From NCBI GenBank assembly GCA_951406725.2, contig OX597820.1, positions 4,154,001-4,218,000 on the forward strand: 64,000 nt of DNA, read 5' to 3'. Below, one piece after another: positions 12,740 through 25,164 of this stretch; positions within the stretch are counted from its first letter, which is position 1; every line of letters starts with the position of its first letter. The position numbers were made by a program, and so were the translations under genes. Under the pieces are notes generated by a model. The model was not told the DNA's origin. It worked only from the letters and a program-made list of their open reading frames with translations, and made no database searches. This DNA is from Octopus vulgaris (Eukaryota).

Positions 12740-13862
12740 ACAGGAGGCATAACTTGGCAATCGGGGAGTCTCTGCAGGTCACGCTCTGCCATTTTTTCCT
12801 GCATTGAGAGGTCACAGCTCTGGTGCCATGTGATTTGAATGTTGCCAGAAAGAATTGGTGGATGAAGTTTTGAAGCTGAGCCAAGCAGAAGGAGATCTAA
12901 GGATAGACTAAGACTGGGATGGTTGGATGACATCCATAGTCTCAGTTGGTCATTGTTGGGAATCCAGCCAGAAACTGGAATGGCAGTTGCTTCTGAAAGG
13001 ACTGTGTGGGGGAGGTGTCTGACGACCTTCCAGGAATGGAGGGTGAATGGTTGGACGGCTCATTAGAGGAGGTGTTTTCGGCCAGTGGTCAATGCTGCAA
13101 TGCCACCACATCTTCATTTAGTTTGAACCCTTTGAAAGGTCAATAACTTAGAGAAAATTTAGCTGTATTGTTTTCCTCAGTCTGTTTAACCATGATTAAC
13201 CAAAACTACTGCCAAATGTAAGCCCCAACTGGGACCCTACTATCTTTCCCTCTTTTACCATTTCCTTGTTTTAGTCATTGGACTAGGCCATGCTGGGGCA
13301 CCACTGAGGCAGCTCCAGTTGTCTCAACACAAAACATTATTGTCATCCAATCAATGGACACGATTCTATCATGTGACATTCTTCGCTCCCATATCATTTA
13401 TTATTTAAGTTTATGGGGAGAATTCACAAAAAAAAAAAACAAAAGATGAAGACAGGTGGTGATGGAGTCTACCAGGTGACATTAGACATGCATTGACTCA
13501 TTGTTGTGGATTTGCTCCTTTTGCTTTGGCACACTGTGGCACAGATGGTTCATTCTGGATTCTGGGCAACCGAGGTTTCAGTTTGCCATTTTGCACTTTG
13601 GTTTGGAATTGTTGCAAGGTTTTTCTTCGTTTGTAAATAAAGTTATTACCTGAGCACAATATTATTCGTCTAACATTATAACAACCATCTTGAAAGATTT
13701 AGCCAGATAAACCACTCTCAGTACTTAATCTATCAGTCTCCTAGTCTAGCTAGTTTGTTTTCAGAACATCCAACACTTCTAACCAGGTTGCCAAGGTAAC
13801 AGAAGCTATCAACTATTATGGCATCTTTCCAAGCATTTGGAAGAATTTATTTCACTGATCAG

Positions 13863-13901
<39 letters not shown>

Positions 13902-13902
<1 letters not shown>

Positions 13903-14378
13903 GAGGCGCAATGGCCCAGTGGTTAGGGCAGTGGATTTGCAGTCATAGGATCGCGGTTTCGATTCCCAGACTGGGCACTGTGAGTGTTTATTGAGCGAAA
14001 ACACCTAAAGCTCCACGAGGCTCTGGCATGGGGTGGTGGTGAACCCTGCTGTACTCTTTCACCACAACTTTCTTCCTGTTTCTGTTGTACCTGTATTTCA
14101 AAGGGGCCAGCCTTGTCACACTGTTACGCTGAATCTCCCAAGAACTATGTTAAGGGTACATGTGTCTGTGGAGTGCTCAGCCACTTGCACATTAGTGAGC
14201 TGCGACATCACAGGTGCCAAGCTGTTTCAGCCTCTTTACCTTTCCACGGTGACGTGGAGAGGGGAGGCTGGTATGCATGGACGACTGCTGGTCTTCCATA
14301 AACAGCCTTGCTCAGACTTGTGCCTCGGAGGGAACTTTCTAGGTGCAATCTCATAGCCATTCATGACTGAAGGGGGTC
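13902..14378 (+). mobile_element. tRNA-derived SINE (second family)
   Basis: Head ggaggcgcaatggcccagtggttag...ggtttcgattccc (A/B boxes), directly after a (TG)n tract. Confidence 0.65.
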
Positions 14379-14419
14379 ACCACACAATATATATATATAC
14401 ATATACACCTGCTTTTTCT

Positions 14420-14938
14420 TCATTGGACACTAAACTCTGCTTGTGAAGAGACTAATTGAGGCAAGTGAAATCAAAGTTGAAATCAAACTCGGTGACTGAC
14501 ATCCGTTGCTAGTGGAGCGCTAAGAGTACCATATGAGTGAGATCGTTGCCAGAGCAACAAGCTGGCCTTTGTGCCGATGGCACGTTTAAACACACCATTC
14601 GAGCATGATCGGTACCACATCGCCTTACTAACACTTGTGCTAGTGGCACGTGAAACATTCGAGTGAGGTCGTCGCCAGTGCCACTGGACTGGCTCCTGTG
14701 CAGGTGGCACATAAAAAGCACCATTTGGGCATGGCCATTGCTAGTTCCACCATACCGGCCCTCGTGCTGGTAGCAAGTAAAAAGCACCCGCTACACTCTG
14801 AGTGGTTGGCATTAGGAAGGGCATCCAGCTGTAGAAACTCTACCAGATCAGATTGGAATTTGGTTCGCCAGACATCAGTCAAATTGTCCAATCCATGCTA
14901 GCATGGAAAGCAGACGTTAAACGATGATGATGATGATG
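14420..14938 (+). mobile_element. RTE 3'-UTR tail copy
   Basis: Internal repeats, conserved tail block and (GAT)n. Confidence 0.8.
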
Positions 14939-15270
14939 ACCTGTGTGTGTTTGATCTCTTTGGCTTGATACTGCATGGTAGTCGTATATGAGTGTCACTG
15001 TCATACAAGCGGTGTCATTCTTTTCAAATATCCTGTGAAAACGTGTCTGGCTATGGGATATTATTACCTTATTCAGAAACAGGTGAGGGTGGGCAACCAG
15101 GTAGAGAAAACCTGCCTTCGGAACGTCCATGCTTCCCAAAATTTGGCAACAGTACACCTGATGTTACCCCACTTTTCTTAAACGACTCGTTCACTGTTCA
15201 TGCAGTTTTGGCTGCTTTTTCTAATCAGTTGTACACCTGAGCAATGTATAAAATAAGTTCATTATATATA

Positions 15271-15378
15271 TTATCATTTTGAAAGCACCGGTTCTTGTCC
15301 AATCACTCAAGTTAAGCAACATTGAGCCTAGTGAGTACTTAGATGGGTGACCACTTGAGAAATCTAGGGGCTGTAAGC
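15271..15378 (+). rRNA. 5S rRNA copy, ~10 nt 5'-truncated and diverged (probable pseudogene)
   Basis: tatcattttgaaagcaccggttcttgtccaatcactcaagttaagcaacattgagcctagtgagtacttagatgggtgaccacttgagaaatctaggggctgtaagc aligns by eye to metazoan 5S rRNA, including box A (agttaagc) and box C (gatgggtgacc), with CpG-type decay. Confidence 0.85.
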
Positions 15379-15399
15379 GTCTCACACTTTTACATGATT

Positions 15400-15602
15400 G
15401 ATGCCAGGCCTGCTTGACTGGCTCCTGTGCCAGTGGCATGAAAAAAGCACCCACTACATTCTCGGAATGGTTGGCATTAGGAAAGGCATCCAGCTGTAGA
15501 AACATTGCCAGATCAGATTGGAGCCTAGTGCAGCCTTCTGGCTTGCCAGTCCTCAGTCAAACCGTCCAACCCATGCCAGCATGGAAAGGTGGAAGTTAAA
15601 AT
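15400..15602 (+). mobile_element. RTE 3'-UTR tail copy
   Basis: Conserved tail block starting about 20 bp after the 5S copy. Confidence 0.75.
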
Positions 15603-17001
15603 GACATGCTTTTACTGATAATTCCTCTCTTCTTTTCAAATGCAAAAGACTTACGTCAATCAACAATTTACCTGTCCCTGGAACCTACCTGCTGCTTGGC
15701 AGCTACAAAATTTTAGGATTGCCATTTTAGGATGCTGCTACAACGAAAGGTCTGGAGGGAAGCCGGAGCTTAAAAACAATTTTATTCAACAAAATTTGAG
15801 TTTTGAAATAAATAATTTTAATTGCTTAAAACAAATGTCATTCAACAAGTATTATAAGATTTTAATTTACTTCTAAATGTGAATATTTGGTCACAACTTT
15901 AAGATTTTACATAAATATTTTGTTCTTTCACCTTCGATTTACAGGTGTTTTCAGCAAATCCTCTCAGTAACATTTTTTCTTGTGTGTATCATTAGGTTTT
16001 AAAATATGGCTTTTTAATAAATATTTCTCCCAAATTTTACAGTTATAAAGCTTTAACTCTGTATTTCCCCAGTGATTATTAATATGGCTGTGTGTCTTTG
16101 AAAAAACTATTTTAATGATATATAGATCTTCCGGTTGTGTGTATTTGTGAGGAACTCAGGCAACAATTCCCCACATTGGTGCAGTCTACATGTAATCACA
16201 TTGATAAGTTTTTGTCCTTTGTTCAGTCATCTGTCGATTACAAGTTTATAATTTACAAATAAGGGTTTTCTCAATATTTTGTTGAAAAGATTTCTCTCAA
16301 ATAAGAGCACATTTGTAGACTGCAAGTGTCTTGTGTAGAACCTGGTTGGCCAAAGCCTTACGAGTACATTTCATAGATAGAAACTGAAAGAAGTTCATTG
16401 TGTGTGTGTGTGCATGACATTGCACGATGGCTGTAAATAAGTGTCATCAATATGCAACCAATGTTATTTGGTTCCACTCCTCTCTGAAAACATGTCAAGC
16501 CAAGGGAAATATTACCTTGCTTGGGAACAAGTAAGGGTTTGTGACAGGAAGGGTGTCTAGTTGTAGAAAATCTACCTTAATGAGTCTCCTTCTGACTCAT
16601 GCCAACATAGAAACGTAGATGTTAAAACGATGAAAATGAGAATTCGAAGAAAATTATTTCCAAAAATATTTTACTGTGATAAATGTTCTCCAATGTCTAT
16701 GTTTGTGGATGTGGATGGCTTAGTGGTTAAGGGTCTTGCGCTCACAATTGCACGATCATGGTTTCACTTCCCAAACAGGGAGCTGTGTCATGTTCTTGAA
16801 TGAAACAGTCCATTTCATGTTGCTCCTCCTGTTTACTCTGCCATAGAATAACCCAGCAAAAGTCTGGCAATCTCAGTTATTCATATGCCATGGAAACCAC
16901 AGGTAATTGGCCCCTTTCAGTTGTGGAGACTCAAGACAGTGATGTAGCAGGGTTGATGATGATGGACACAAATCGGTTGGTTCGTGAGAGAGAAGGATTC
17001 C

Positions 17002-18834
17002 TCAAGTTTCACAGTTGAAACTCTTCCCTCCTCCACCATGTATACGCTTATGTCTCTTCAAATAATCATTACAAACAAAAGATTTCTCACACACTTCACA
17101 GTGGAACGGTTTCTCTCCCGTATGAGTGCGGATGTGGATTACAAGATTTGCATTATTCACAAAAGATTTCCCACAGATTTCACACTGAAATGGTTTCTCT
17201 CCACTATGGATCCTTCTATGGATTGATAAAAGACCATTGGCAATAAAAGATTTGCCGCACACTTCGCAATGGAAGGGCTTCTCTCCAGAATGTCTTATTT
17301 TGTGTGTTTTTAACAGACTGTTAGTAATAAAAGACTTGCCACAGATTTCACAATGGAACGGTTTTTCACCTGTGTGTGTCCGTTTGTGGGTCGTTAAGTG
17401 GCCATTGGTGATAAAACACTTGCCACAGATTTCGCAGTGGAATGGTTTCTCTCCTGTATGGATTCGTTTGTGAGTTTGTAAAAGACCATTCGTGATGAAG
17501 GATTTGCCACAGATTTCACAATGGAACGGTTTCTCTCCTGTGTGAATTACTCTGTGTGTTTTCAAAAGACCGTTGGTGATGAAAGACTTACCACAGACTT
17601 CACAGTGGAACGGTTTCTCTCCTGTATGGATTCGTTTGTGACTTGTTAAATAACTATTTGACACGAAACATTTCCCACACACATCACAACGATGTGGTTT
17701 TTCGCCTGTGTGGATTCGTCTATGGACGACAAGGTGAGAATTATCAATAAATGATTTGCCGCAGATTTCACAGTGGAATGGCTTCTCTCCCGTATGGATT
17801 CGCCTGTGTCTCTTTAAATCACAATTATTTACAAAAGATTTCCCACACACTTCACAGCAATACGGTTGTTCTCCTGTGTGACTACGAATGTGGATTCGAA
17901 GTTTGGAATTCGACACAAAAGATTCCCCACAGATTTCACAGCTGTATGGCTGTTCTCCAGTATGGCTACGGATGTGGATCGTCAGCTTAGAATTAGAGAT
18001 GAAAGATTTCTCACAAATCTCACAATGATACGGTTTTTCTCCACTATGGATCCTCTTATGAACAACAAGACTAGAATTCACAGAAAAACATTTCCCACAG
18101 ACATCGCAATGGAATGGATTGTCTCCCGTGTGTATAATTCTGTGCGTTTTCAACAGACCATTCGTGATGAATGACCTCCCACAGATGTCACAGTGGAACG
18201 GTTTCTCTCCCGTGTGTCTACGTTTGTGAATAACAAGATTCGAATTCTGTGTGAAGAATTTGCCACAGATGTCGCAATGGAACCGTTTCTCGCCCGTGTG
18301 GATTCTGATGTGAGTCGTTAGTTTCGTGTTGGTGATAAACGATTTGCCACAGATCTCGCAACGACAAGGTTTCTCTCCGCTGTGGATCTTTTTGTGACGA
18401 TTCAAGTCGCTATTATTAACGAAAGACTTGCCACACACATCGCAGGAATACGGTTTCTCTCCCGAGTGAATCCTTTTGTGTATCGTCAAATTACTATTCT
18501 GAACAAAACACTTGCCACACACTTCGCAATGGAACGGCTTCTCTCCCGTATGGATTCGTTTGTGACTTATTAAATTACAATTATAGAGAAAAGACTTCCA
18601 ACAGACATCACAGTGGTAAGGCTTTTCCCTGTTGTGGATTCCTTTGTGCCTCAACACTTCGCTTTCTGAAGTGAATAGTTTCTTACAAATCTCACAGCGA
18701 TATTCAGAATCGCTGCCGGGTTTAGTAAACGCTTCACCAGAAAAAGGTTTCTCGCCTCTGTTTGTCCATTTCGTTGGATTTATATTAGTAAAAACAGTTG
18801 TGTCGGAGGTGTCCAAGTTTTTAACGTCCTCCAT
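17002..18834 (-). CDS. C2H2 zinc-finger protein, 20 tandem fingers (610 aa from MEDVKN), single coding exon
   Basis: Open frame with 20 CxxC-x12-HxxxH fingers and TGEKP-type linkers. First ATG at 18834 follows a candidate acceptor tttacag at 18872-18873. The longer ORF-track start at 19005 is a non-ATG codon. Confidence 0.92.
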   Translation of the reverse strand: MEDVKNLDTSDTTVFTNINPTKWTNRGEKPFSGEAFTKPGSDSEYRCEICKKLFTSESEVLRHKGIHNREKPYHCDVCWKSFLYNCNLISHKRIHTGEKPFHCEVCGKCFVQNSNLTIHKRIHSGEKPYSCDVCGKSFVNNSDLNRHKKIHSGEKPCRCEICGKSFITNTKLTTHIRIHTGEKRFHCDICGKFFTQNSNLVIHKRRHTGEKPFHCDICGRSFITNGLLKTHRIIHTGDNPFHCDVCGKCFSVNSSLVVHKRIHSGEKPYHCEICEKSFISNSKLTIHIRSHTGEQPYSCEICGESFVSNSKLRIHIRSHTGEQPYCCEVCGKSFVNNCDLKRHRRIHTGEKPFHCEICGKSFIDNSHLVVHRRIHTGEKPHRCDVCGKCFVSNSYLTSHKRIHTGEKPFHCEVCGKSFITNGLLKTHRVIHTGEKPFHCEICGKSFITNGLLQTHKRIHTGEKPFHCEICGKCFITNGHLTTHKRTHTGEKPFHCEICGKSFITNSLLKTHKIRHSGEKPFHCEVCGKSFIANGLLSIHRRIHSGEKPFQCEICGKSFVNNANLVIHIRTHTGEKPFHCEVCEKSFVCNDYLKRHKRIHGGGGKSFNCET

Positions 18835-19194
18835 ATAAAACCTTGAGATATTCTTAAAAGCTGAGAAATATCTGTAAATATTTATATATTCTGTTGGATA
18901 CCACGAGCAACTGTTCACAATTATGGAATAAATACAATGTAGACATACTTTTCTACTTACCACCACAATGTTAGTTGCCGGACGACACTTCCCCGAGTGG
19001 CACACAAGGTGTTGACAAAGACATTTCTATTTCTACATTAAGAAATGTTTGGAGATTAAGAACGGATGTTCCGTCGGCTAAAACAATAAAGATTCGATTA
19101 TGAAATGATTTGTAGCAAGTTGGAATGAATCGATCAGTTAAGACGAGAGAAAAGGTATGAGAACAGAATTACTACCGATGTTGAGGAAAGAAGG

Positions 19195-19230
<36 letters not shown>

Positions 19231-20002
19231 TGAGGGGGTGATGTGTGTATATACACATGAGTGTGTGTGTGTGTCTATGGATTAAGTAAACCAGGAATAC
19301 ATGGATAATAAAAGAATGTACAGGGTAGAGTAGAGTGCAATAGGAATCCAAATAATCGCTTTAGACGGGAAAACCAGTCGGAATGCGAAGAAGGATGAGG
19401 AAAGCTGATCGTTCTTTGGTTTTGGATTGAAACCGATTTTTGTCTTTTCCTGAAGAAAAGGGAATTCATGGAATAAGGAACCCTGCAAGAGGTGGATCAC
19501 GGACTCTGAAGCCTCTTTGCACTCTGCTATCCATAAACATCAGTCCGCCTTAATATCATGATAATCCGCACCACACAGAGATTAATTAGATTAATTAAAT
19601 TTGATAATACGGCGGCGGTGTCCTCTATATATTTTCCCTGCCTCAAAAGCACCGGTGACATAAGTTAAAAATCCCCAATAGCTTAATGGACCGACATTTA
19701 ATTTGCATCTCTTGTTTCTAATTTCCTACATAGTTTTTGGCATCCAGAAAATAGCAGCCAAACCCCACTCAAACCGCTTCATTAAAAAAAAAAACAAAAA
19801 TGTGAGAGAGACAACATTTAGCAATCTAGTCCTTGACATATAAATCGAAAGAAAAAGGATCACGACGGAAATCATCTTTGGTGGTCTTGACCGGCAACAA
19901 AAGATTGTCTTGGATTAGGTTTCATTAAAAAAAATAATTATCAGCGAAAAAGAATTTGAGCTGACCATTAACGCGCGCGCGCGCGTGTATTTATGCACAA
20001 TT

Positions 20003-20287
20003 TGGCAGAACTACAGATTTCTGTATTTGGATATTTTTTTATGAAATTTTCAACGAATTTCTCTTATATCATGTAGATTCCGAATAGACAAATGGGGGGG
20101 GGGTATTTTAGAAGGGGTGGGGGAATTTCGGAAAAGTCACCAGGGTCCATTTCAATTCGTCTTGACTTTCTTAAAAATGGATATTTTTTAATGAAATCCT
20201 CCACAAATATACCTCGAACTATCCATTTTTCTGAAAGGTCTGATCATCCAAATTCGAGGGTGGGGGCAGAAATCTGTAGTTATGCCC
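20003..20287. mobile_element. MITE-like element with ~20-bp terminal inverted repeats
   Basis: Left ggcagaactacagatttctg vs right cagaaatctgtagttatgcc; related sequence at 40261 and in the arms of the 40.3-43.1 kb palindrome. Confidence 0.6.
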
Positions 20288-20849
20288 ATAATTTAAACAA
20301 AAATAAGCAAAGAGGAGCAACTTTTGTCTATGCGTTTGAACAACATAGACAAATACAGGTCTATCAAATACCCTATAACATAAATTTTTTTATACATCCT
20401 CAAGAGGTGGAGGTAATTTTAATGAATCATGAATTTATGTTGCACGATAATGGATGTGGATGTACGGAAATATGTAAAAGAAATGTAAAAACAACAGAAT
20501 GAAGTCAATTCAGATCCAAACAAAGCAAGGAGCTTGTTTTCTATTCACGACAGAGATTGGGAAGTTCTGATATACATGCCAGTAATGACACAAATTAACC
20601 CTGCTTGAGCAGGCCTACGACCGAATGAATGCCAAACATGACCATCCTGTCTGTTTTTTTGTTTTCTAGGAAAACGTTCTTCAAATTTTAGTGTATCATT
20701 TCCTTTTTAAGACAGTATGGTAGGATTTGAGGGAAATTTGGTTGTTATTTGTAGCAGCTCCCTATTTAGTTTGGGGTTGTTTCCCGACACGAACGACTGA
20801 GTTAATGTTTGGGAGTTGAGTTTCTTTCCCTCTTTCACATCACCGTCTC

Positions 20850-21180
20850 GACATTACCTTCACTTAAGGGGAGGTATTGTTTTCAGTCATGTTTGTTTGT
20901 TCGTCTGTGGACAAGATATTCCAAGAACCGGTGGGTGGATTCGGATGAAACTTTCAGGGATGTTTGGACTCGGGACTGGCACAAACTGATTAGATTTTGG
21001 GATCAATCCAATACTGGTCAAAGATTCTGGATTATTCTTCTGGTTCTTTTACTTAATTTTTGACAGTGGTTGGATTCATTTTTAGTATTCTTGTTTGTGA
21101 GAACAGTCGAGTTTATTTCAGATATTCTTATTTTAAAAATCATCTCTGGCTAATTGTTGCGAGGATGTCGGCATTGTAGT
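20850..21180 (+). mobile_element. Helentron/HINE-like non-autonomous element (tentative)
   Basis: attacctt...ggaggtattgttttc, then a (GTTT)n tract and ggattcggatgaaacttt; layout typical of HINE/DINE-like elements. Confidence 0.4.
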
Positions 21181-21256
21181 TAGTGTTTTATTTGGTTAGT
21201 GAGTTGGAAGTGTATACGCTCCTTGTGAGTACCATTTTTAACTGTTAATTATTGAA

Positions 21257-22718
21257 TTGCTGGATTGTTGTTACCTGTTGAACTTGTTACCGTTTTTTAA
21301 ATTTTCTTCCTCATTTATGGGTGAAGTCATGAATACTGTGGAAAGTACACCTGTGCAAGCAGGCAGTTATGCTGTGGTGAGTGGCAAAAGCCTGTCAGCA
21401 GAGGGACTGCAAGTTACAGAAATTAAATCAGAGAAGAAAAACTTCATAAAATACAATAATTTAAGAAAGGAGGGAGGTAGTCTAAGGTTGAAGTCCCCCA
21501 AAGAAGTAACAGAAAGAACGGAAAAAGTAACAATTGTGTACAGAACATTGAAAATTGCAGCGAAAAGGATGGAAATAGCAGTGGTGGGGGCAGTGGAGGA
21601 GTGCCTCAGAGAAATTAAGAACCTAGTGACGTACAACACCAGAGGAAGGAAATACAGCAGAGTGGAGGTACACTTTGTGAGTGAAGAAGAAGCGAGGAAA
21701 TACTCCACTGTGCATCTGAGATCAGCAGAGTGGGCGCTGCTACCGACTTACTGTGGCAAATGTGCAGCCAGAGTAAGAATAGGTAGAATTCCCCTAGAAA
21801 TTGATGAGGCGTGGCTAGTGACAGCCATCCTCTTTAACACAGAAGACACTGAGATATTGAAAATATCAAGAACTTTGGAGGTGGACTGCTGGGGGTATGG
21901 ACTAGAGGTTTTGGTCCATATAAGCTTACCAGACCTCCACAAGATTGCAGAGGAAGTGATGCTTCTGGATGAAGCAAGGTTGAGAATAGTGGTGGAAGGA
22001 AGACCGCTGGTATGTTTTCTTTGTGGAGTAAGGGGACACCTGAAAGCAAGGCGTCCCCAGCAACAAGAAAGGGAAGTAGAACAAGAGAAGCAGGAAGAGG
22101 AACAAAGAGTGGGGGTAGAAATGCAAGAAAGCGAAAAGATAGAAAAAGTAGGAGAAAAAGTAATAGGTTGGAAAAAGAAAGAAGAAAAGAGAACATGAAT
22201 TCACCACCAGAAAGTGCAAAGAAAATGAGAAAAGAAAATATAGAGGAGAATCAATGCGAAAGAGCAGAGATAGCAAAAAAGAAAATTATGGAGGAGGAAA
22301 GGAGTTTGCAGAAGGGAGAGGAAGAGAGATACAAAGAAGGATGAGGCATTAATAGAAGGAACATCAGGAGAGAATAACGATGGAAAAGGGGAGTTGGTAC
22401 CAAAAGGAAAACACATCCGAATGATGAGAAGCTATAAAAAGAGTGTAGAGATCGAAAGATTACAAAACTGAAAAATGTAATTAGTGAAGTTATCAGGGAG
22501 GAAGTGTACCGAGGACGACAGGGTGGTGTTGCTTGAGGGAGAGGTGAAAGGTTAAAGGAACTATTTAGGTGAAAAAATTGAAATATCGTCATTACAAGTT
22601 TGATACGACGAGATGCCATCAGTGGTGGCATTTGAAGATGTAATAAAATAATACGAAAGAGAAATATTAAAATTTCAAAATAATGACTTTTAAAACAAAA
22701 ACAAAAAAAACGATGCAA

Positions 22719-22720
<2 letters not shown>
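21257..22720 (+). mobile_element. L1/Tx1-like ORF1 (gag-like, zinc knuckle) remnant
   Basis: 313-aa ORF containing IVVEGRPLVCFLCGVRGHLKARRP (CCHC knuckle with the last Cys lost), then a Glu/Lys-rich low-complexity tail. Confidence 0.65.
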
Positions 22721-22744
<24 letters not shown>

Positions 22745-22753
<9 letters not shown>

Positions 22754-23190
22754 AATTATTGTATTCAATGCTCAGGTGCACCACAACTTGTCAAAAGCGC
22801 ATATAAAGTATATGCAGTAATGTACAAATGTCTGGGAAGTGAACAGTGTATGAGTCAGATAGATGCTTGCATGTGTATGGAGGGGAGAAAATCAGGTGTA
22901 GTGTTGGCGAATCTCAGGAAGCATGGAAGTTTTGAAGGATGCAGTGCTCTGACAACTAACAACTGATGCCAGCAGTTTGTTCCATGCTTCAGCAACTCTC
23001 AGCATGAAAAAATGTTTCCGAAAGTCATGGAAGAAGCTGTGCTGTTTTCTTACTTTGTAAACATGTCCACAGGTGTTAAACAGGTGGAGTTTGAAAAGGT
23101 ACTCAGAGTTATTGTTTGTAAGATGGTTGATAATTTTATGGGTGTCTGCCAAGTCAGCTGCCAGATGTCGGAGTTTCAATGTATCAATAA
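22745..23190 (-). mobile_element. CR1-clade LINE 3' fragment with (ATT)n tail
   Basis: DTLKLRHLAADLADTHKIINHL..GHVYKVRKQH..FRKHFFMLRVAEAWNKL; tail next to the (AAT)n tract at 22720-22750. Confidence 0.8.
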
Positions 23191-23554
23191 TGAACTGTAA
23201 TGTTAATGTGATACATAAACAGTAAAATGGCACTACTTGCTTTTGGGGTGGGGTGGGGTAAGCCATTTCATTCTCCTTTTCATTATATCCACAATTCATT
23301 CGATATGTGTTTCTATGTACCCCCAATGTATTGTTTTGTCTGTTTCTGTTTTGTCCCTTCTCTATTGAGGCCTTGTGCCTAATTAAAGAAATAAGGACGT
23401 TGGTGTTGCCCCTTTGCACAGTTTGAGTCCTCATGTTTGGTTTATTTTATGACGATATCGAAGCTGAGACTCAAATTTCAAATTATAATATTTGGATTTT
23501 AAAAACTATTTAAATCTCGAGTGAAGTGCATCAACCAGATGTATTAAATGCCAT

Positions 23555-23913
23555 TACTTTACTCTTGTACTTGTTTCAGTCATTTGACTGTGGCCATGCT
23601 GGAGCACCGCCTTTAGTCAAGTAAATCGACTCCAGAAGTTATTCTTTGTAAGCCTAGTACTTATTCTATCGGTTTCTTTTGCCAAACCGCTAAGTTACAG
23701 GGACGTAAACACACCAGCATCGGTTGGGGACACACACACACATATACAATACGACAGACTTCTTTCAGTTTCCGTCTACCAAATCCACTCACACTGCTTT
23801 GGTCGGCCCGAGGCTATAGTAGAAGACACTCGCCCAAGTGCCATGCAATGGGACTGAACCAGGAACCATGTGGTTGGTAAGCAAGCTACTTACCACACAG
23901 CCACTCCTGCACC
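23555..23913 (-). mobile_element. tRNA-derived CORE-type SINE
   Basis: Reverse complement of the 10829 family. Confidence 0.85.
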
Positions 23914-24486
23914 TTTATTTATGATGTAATAACATCTGGTGTTAAAAGCTGCCTCAACAGCAAGTCAGGAGTATGTAACATTTTTCTTTCTTTTTTTTTA
24001 CAAATGCTAGTAACTTTACTCGAAATACCGAGAGAAACTTTATTCTAAATCAAGCGCTCAGCAAAATTTTCAGTTTTGAAGCTCACGGAATTGAGTCAGC
24101 AGATGGTTTGCCAACCACTCTGTGCATCAAGATAGCTTGATGGTATTTTTGTCTTTCAGTTAATGGCCATTCTAGTTTCCTTTTTATCAAACCAGTCAGC
24201 ATGCTGCTTGCATCTGGGGAAGCCTATTGGGCCATCGCCTTCAAGGGGTTTTAGCTGAACAAATCAACCCTGGTACTTATGTTTTTCTCTTCTTAAAGTC
24301 TTAAATTCTATCAGTTTTTAAGTTACAGGGATGTAAAGAAGCCAACCCTGCTTGTCAAGCAATGGGGTGGGGGTGGAGGAATAACATAGACAACAGACAC
24401 AGACATATTTATATATGCTGGGCTTCCACACAGTTTCTATCAACTAAATTCACTCCCAGGGCATTGGTAGAAGACACTCAGCCACA

Positions 24487-25164
24487 TCTATCATCATTGT
24501 TCGACCGTGGTCGAGACAATGGAACTTATTATGTTACACCAGACTTCACGGTCCATCATAGCATTACGGAGGTCCTGTTGCTGGATGTCTGTATCCCTGG
24601 TGATTACATCAGGGTAGGAGAGTGTGCGCCCTCTGGTATCGCGAGCAGATGGCTTCCAGAGGAGAAGAGTAGAAATTACCTCGTTTTCAGCTCTACAACA
24701 ATGTCCAGCAAACTGGACTCTTCTACCTTTCACAAGAGATGACACAGGTGGTAACTTCCCATATATTTGCATTTTGGTTGGATGACACTTCCATGAGAGA
24801 TTTTGAGCTCTCATAAGGAGGTGAGTGTAGGTTCCATCAAACTGCCTCTCAAGCTTCTTTGATAACGTCCAGGTTTCTGAGCCATATAGTAGAATTGGTT
24901 TGACTGTGGCTTTGAAGATTTTAAGTTTGAAATCTCTATTTAGATTTGAGAACCAGATCTTATGCATATCATTACAGGCTTCAACCATCTTAACCCCTGA
25001 TGGGGAAATATCATCTTTCTCAATCAAAGCCAGAATACTGCAGGGAGACACACTCGCCCCATTTCTCTTCCTCATTGTCGTTGACTATGTGCTACGTATG
25101 TCAGTTGATACCATTTCTGGTAAAGGCTTTGAAATAAAACCTAGAAGTTCCAGACACCCAGCTG
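24487..25164 (-). mobile_element. RTE-type LINE insertion with 5' inversion and 14-bp TSD, nested in a CORE-SINE
   Basis: Minus strand 24494-~24975: PILLYGSETWTL..VQFAGHCCRA..LLLWKP. Plus strand ~24978-25164: ILQGDTLAPFLFLIVVDYVLR. TSD gacactcagccaca (24473-24486) / gacacttagccaca (25165-25178). Confidence 0.85.

Noticed and set aside
18835-19005. N-terminal extension of the 667-aa ORF
   Set aside because: Non-ATG start and a splice-acceptor-like tttacag at 18872; probably intron or UTR read-through.
21257-22198. 313-aa ORF as a host gene
   Set aside because: Zinc-knuckle ORF1 architecture with a lost Cys and a decayed downstream frame indicates a retrotransposon remnant.
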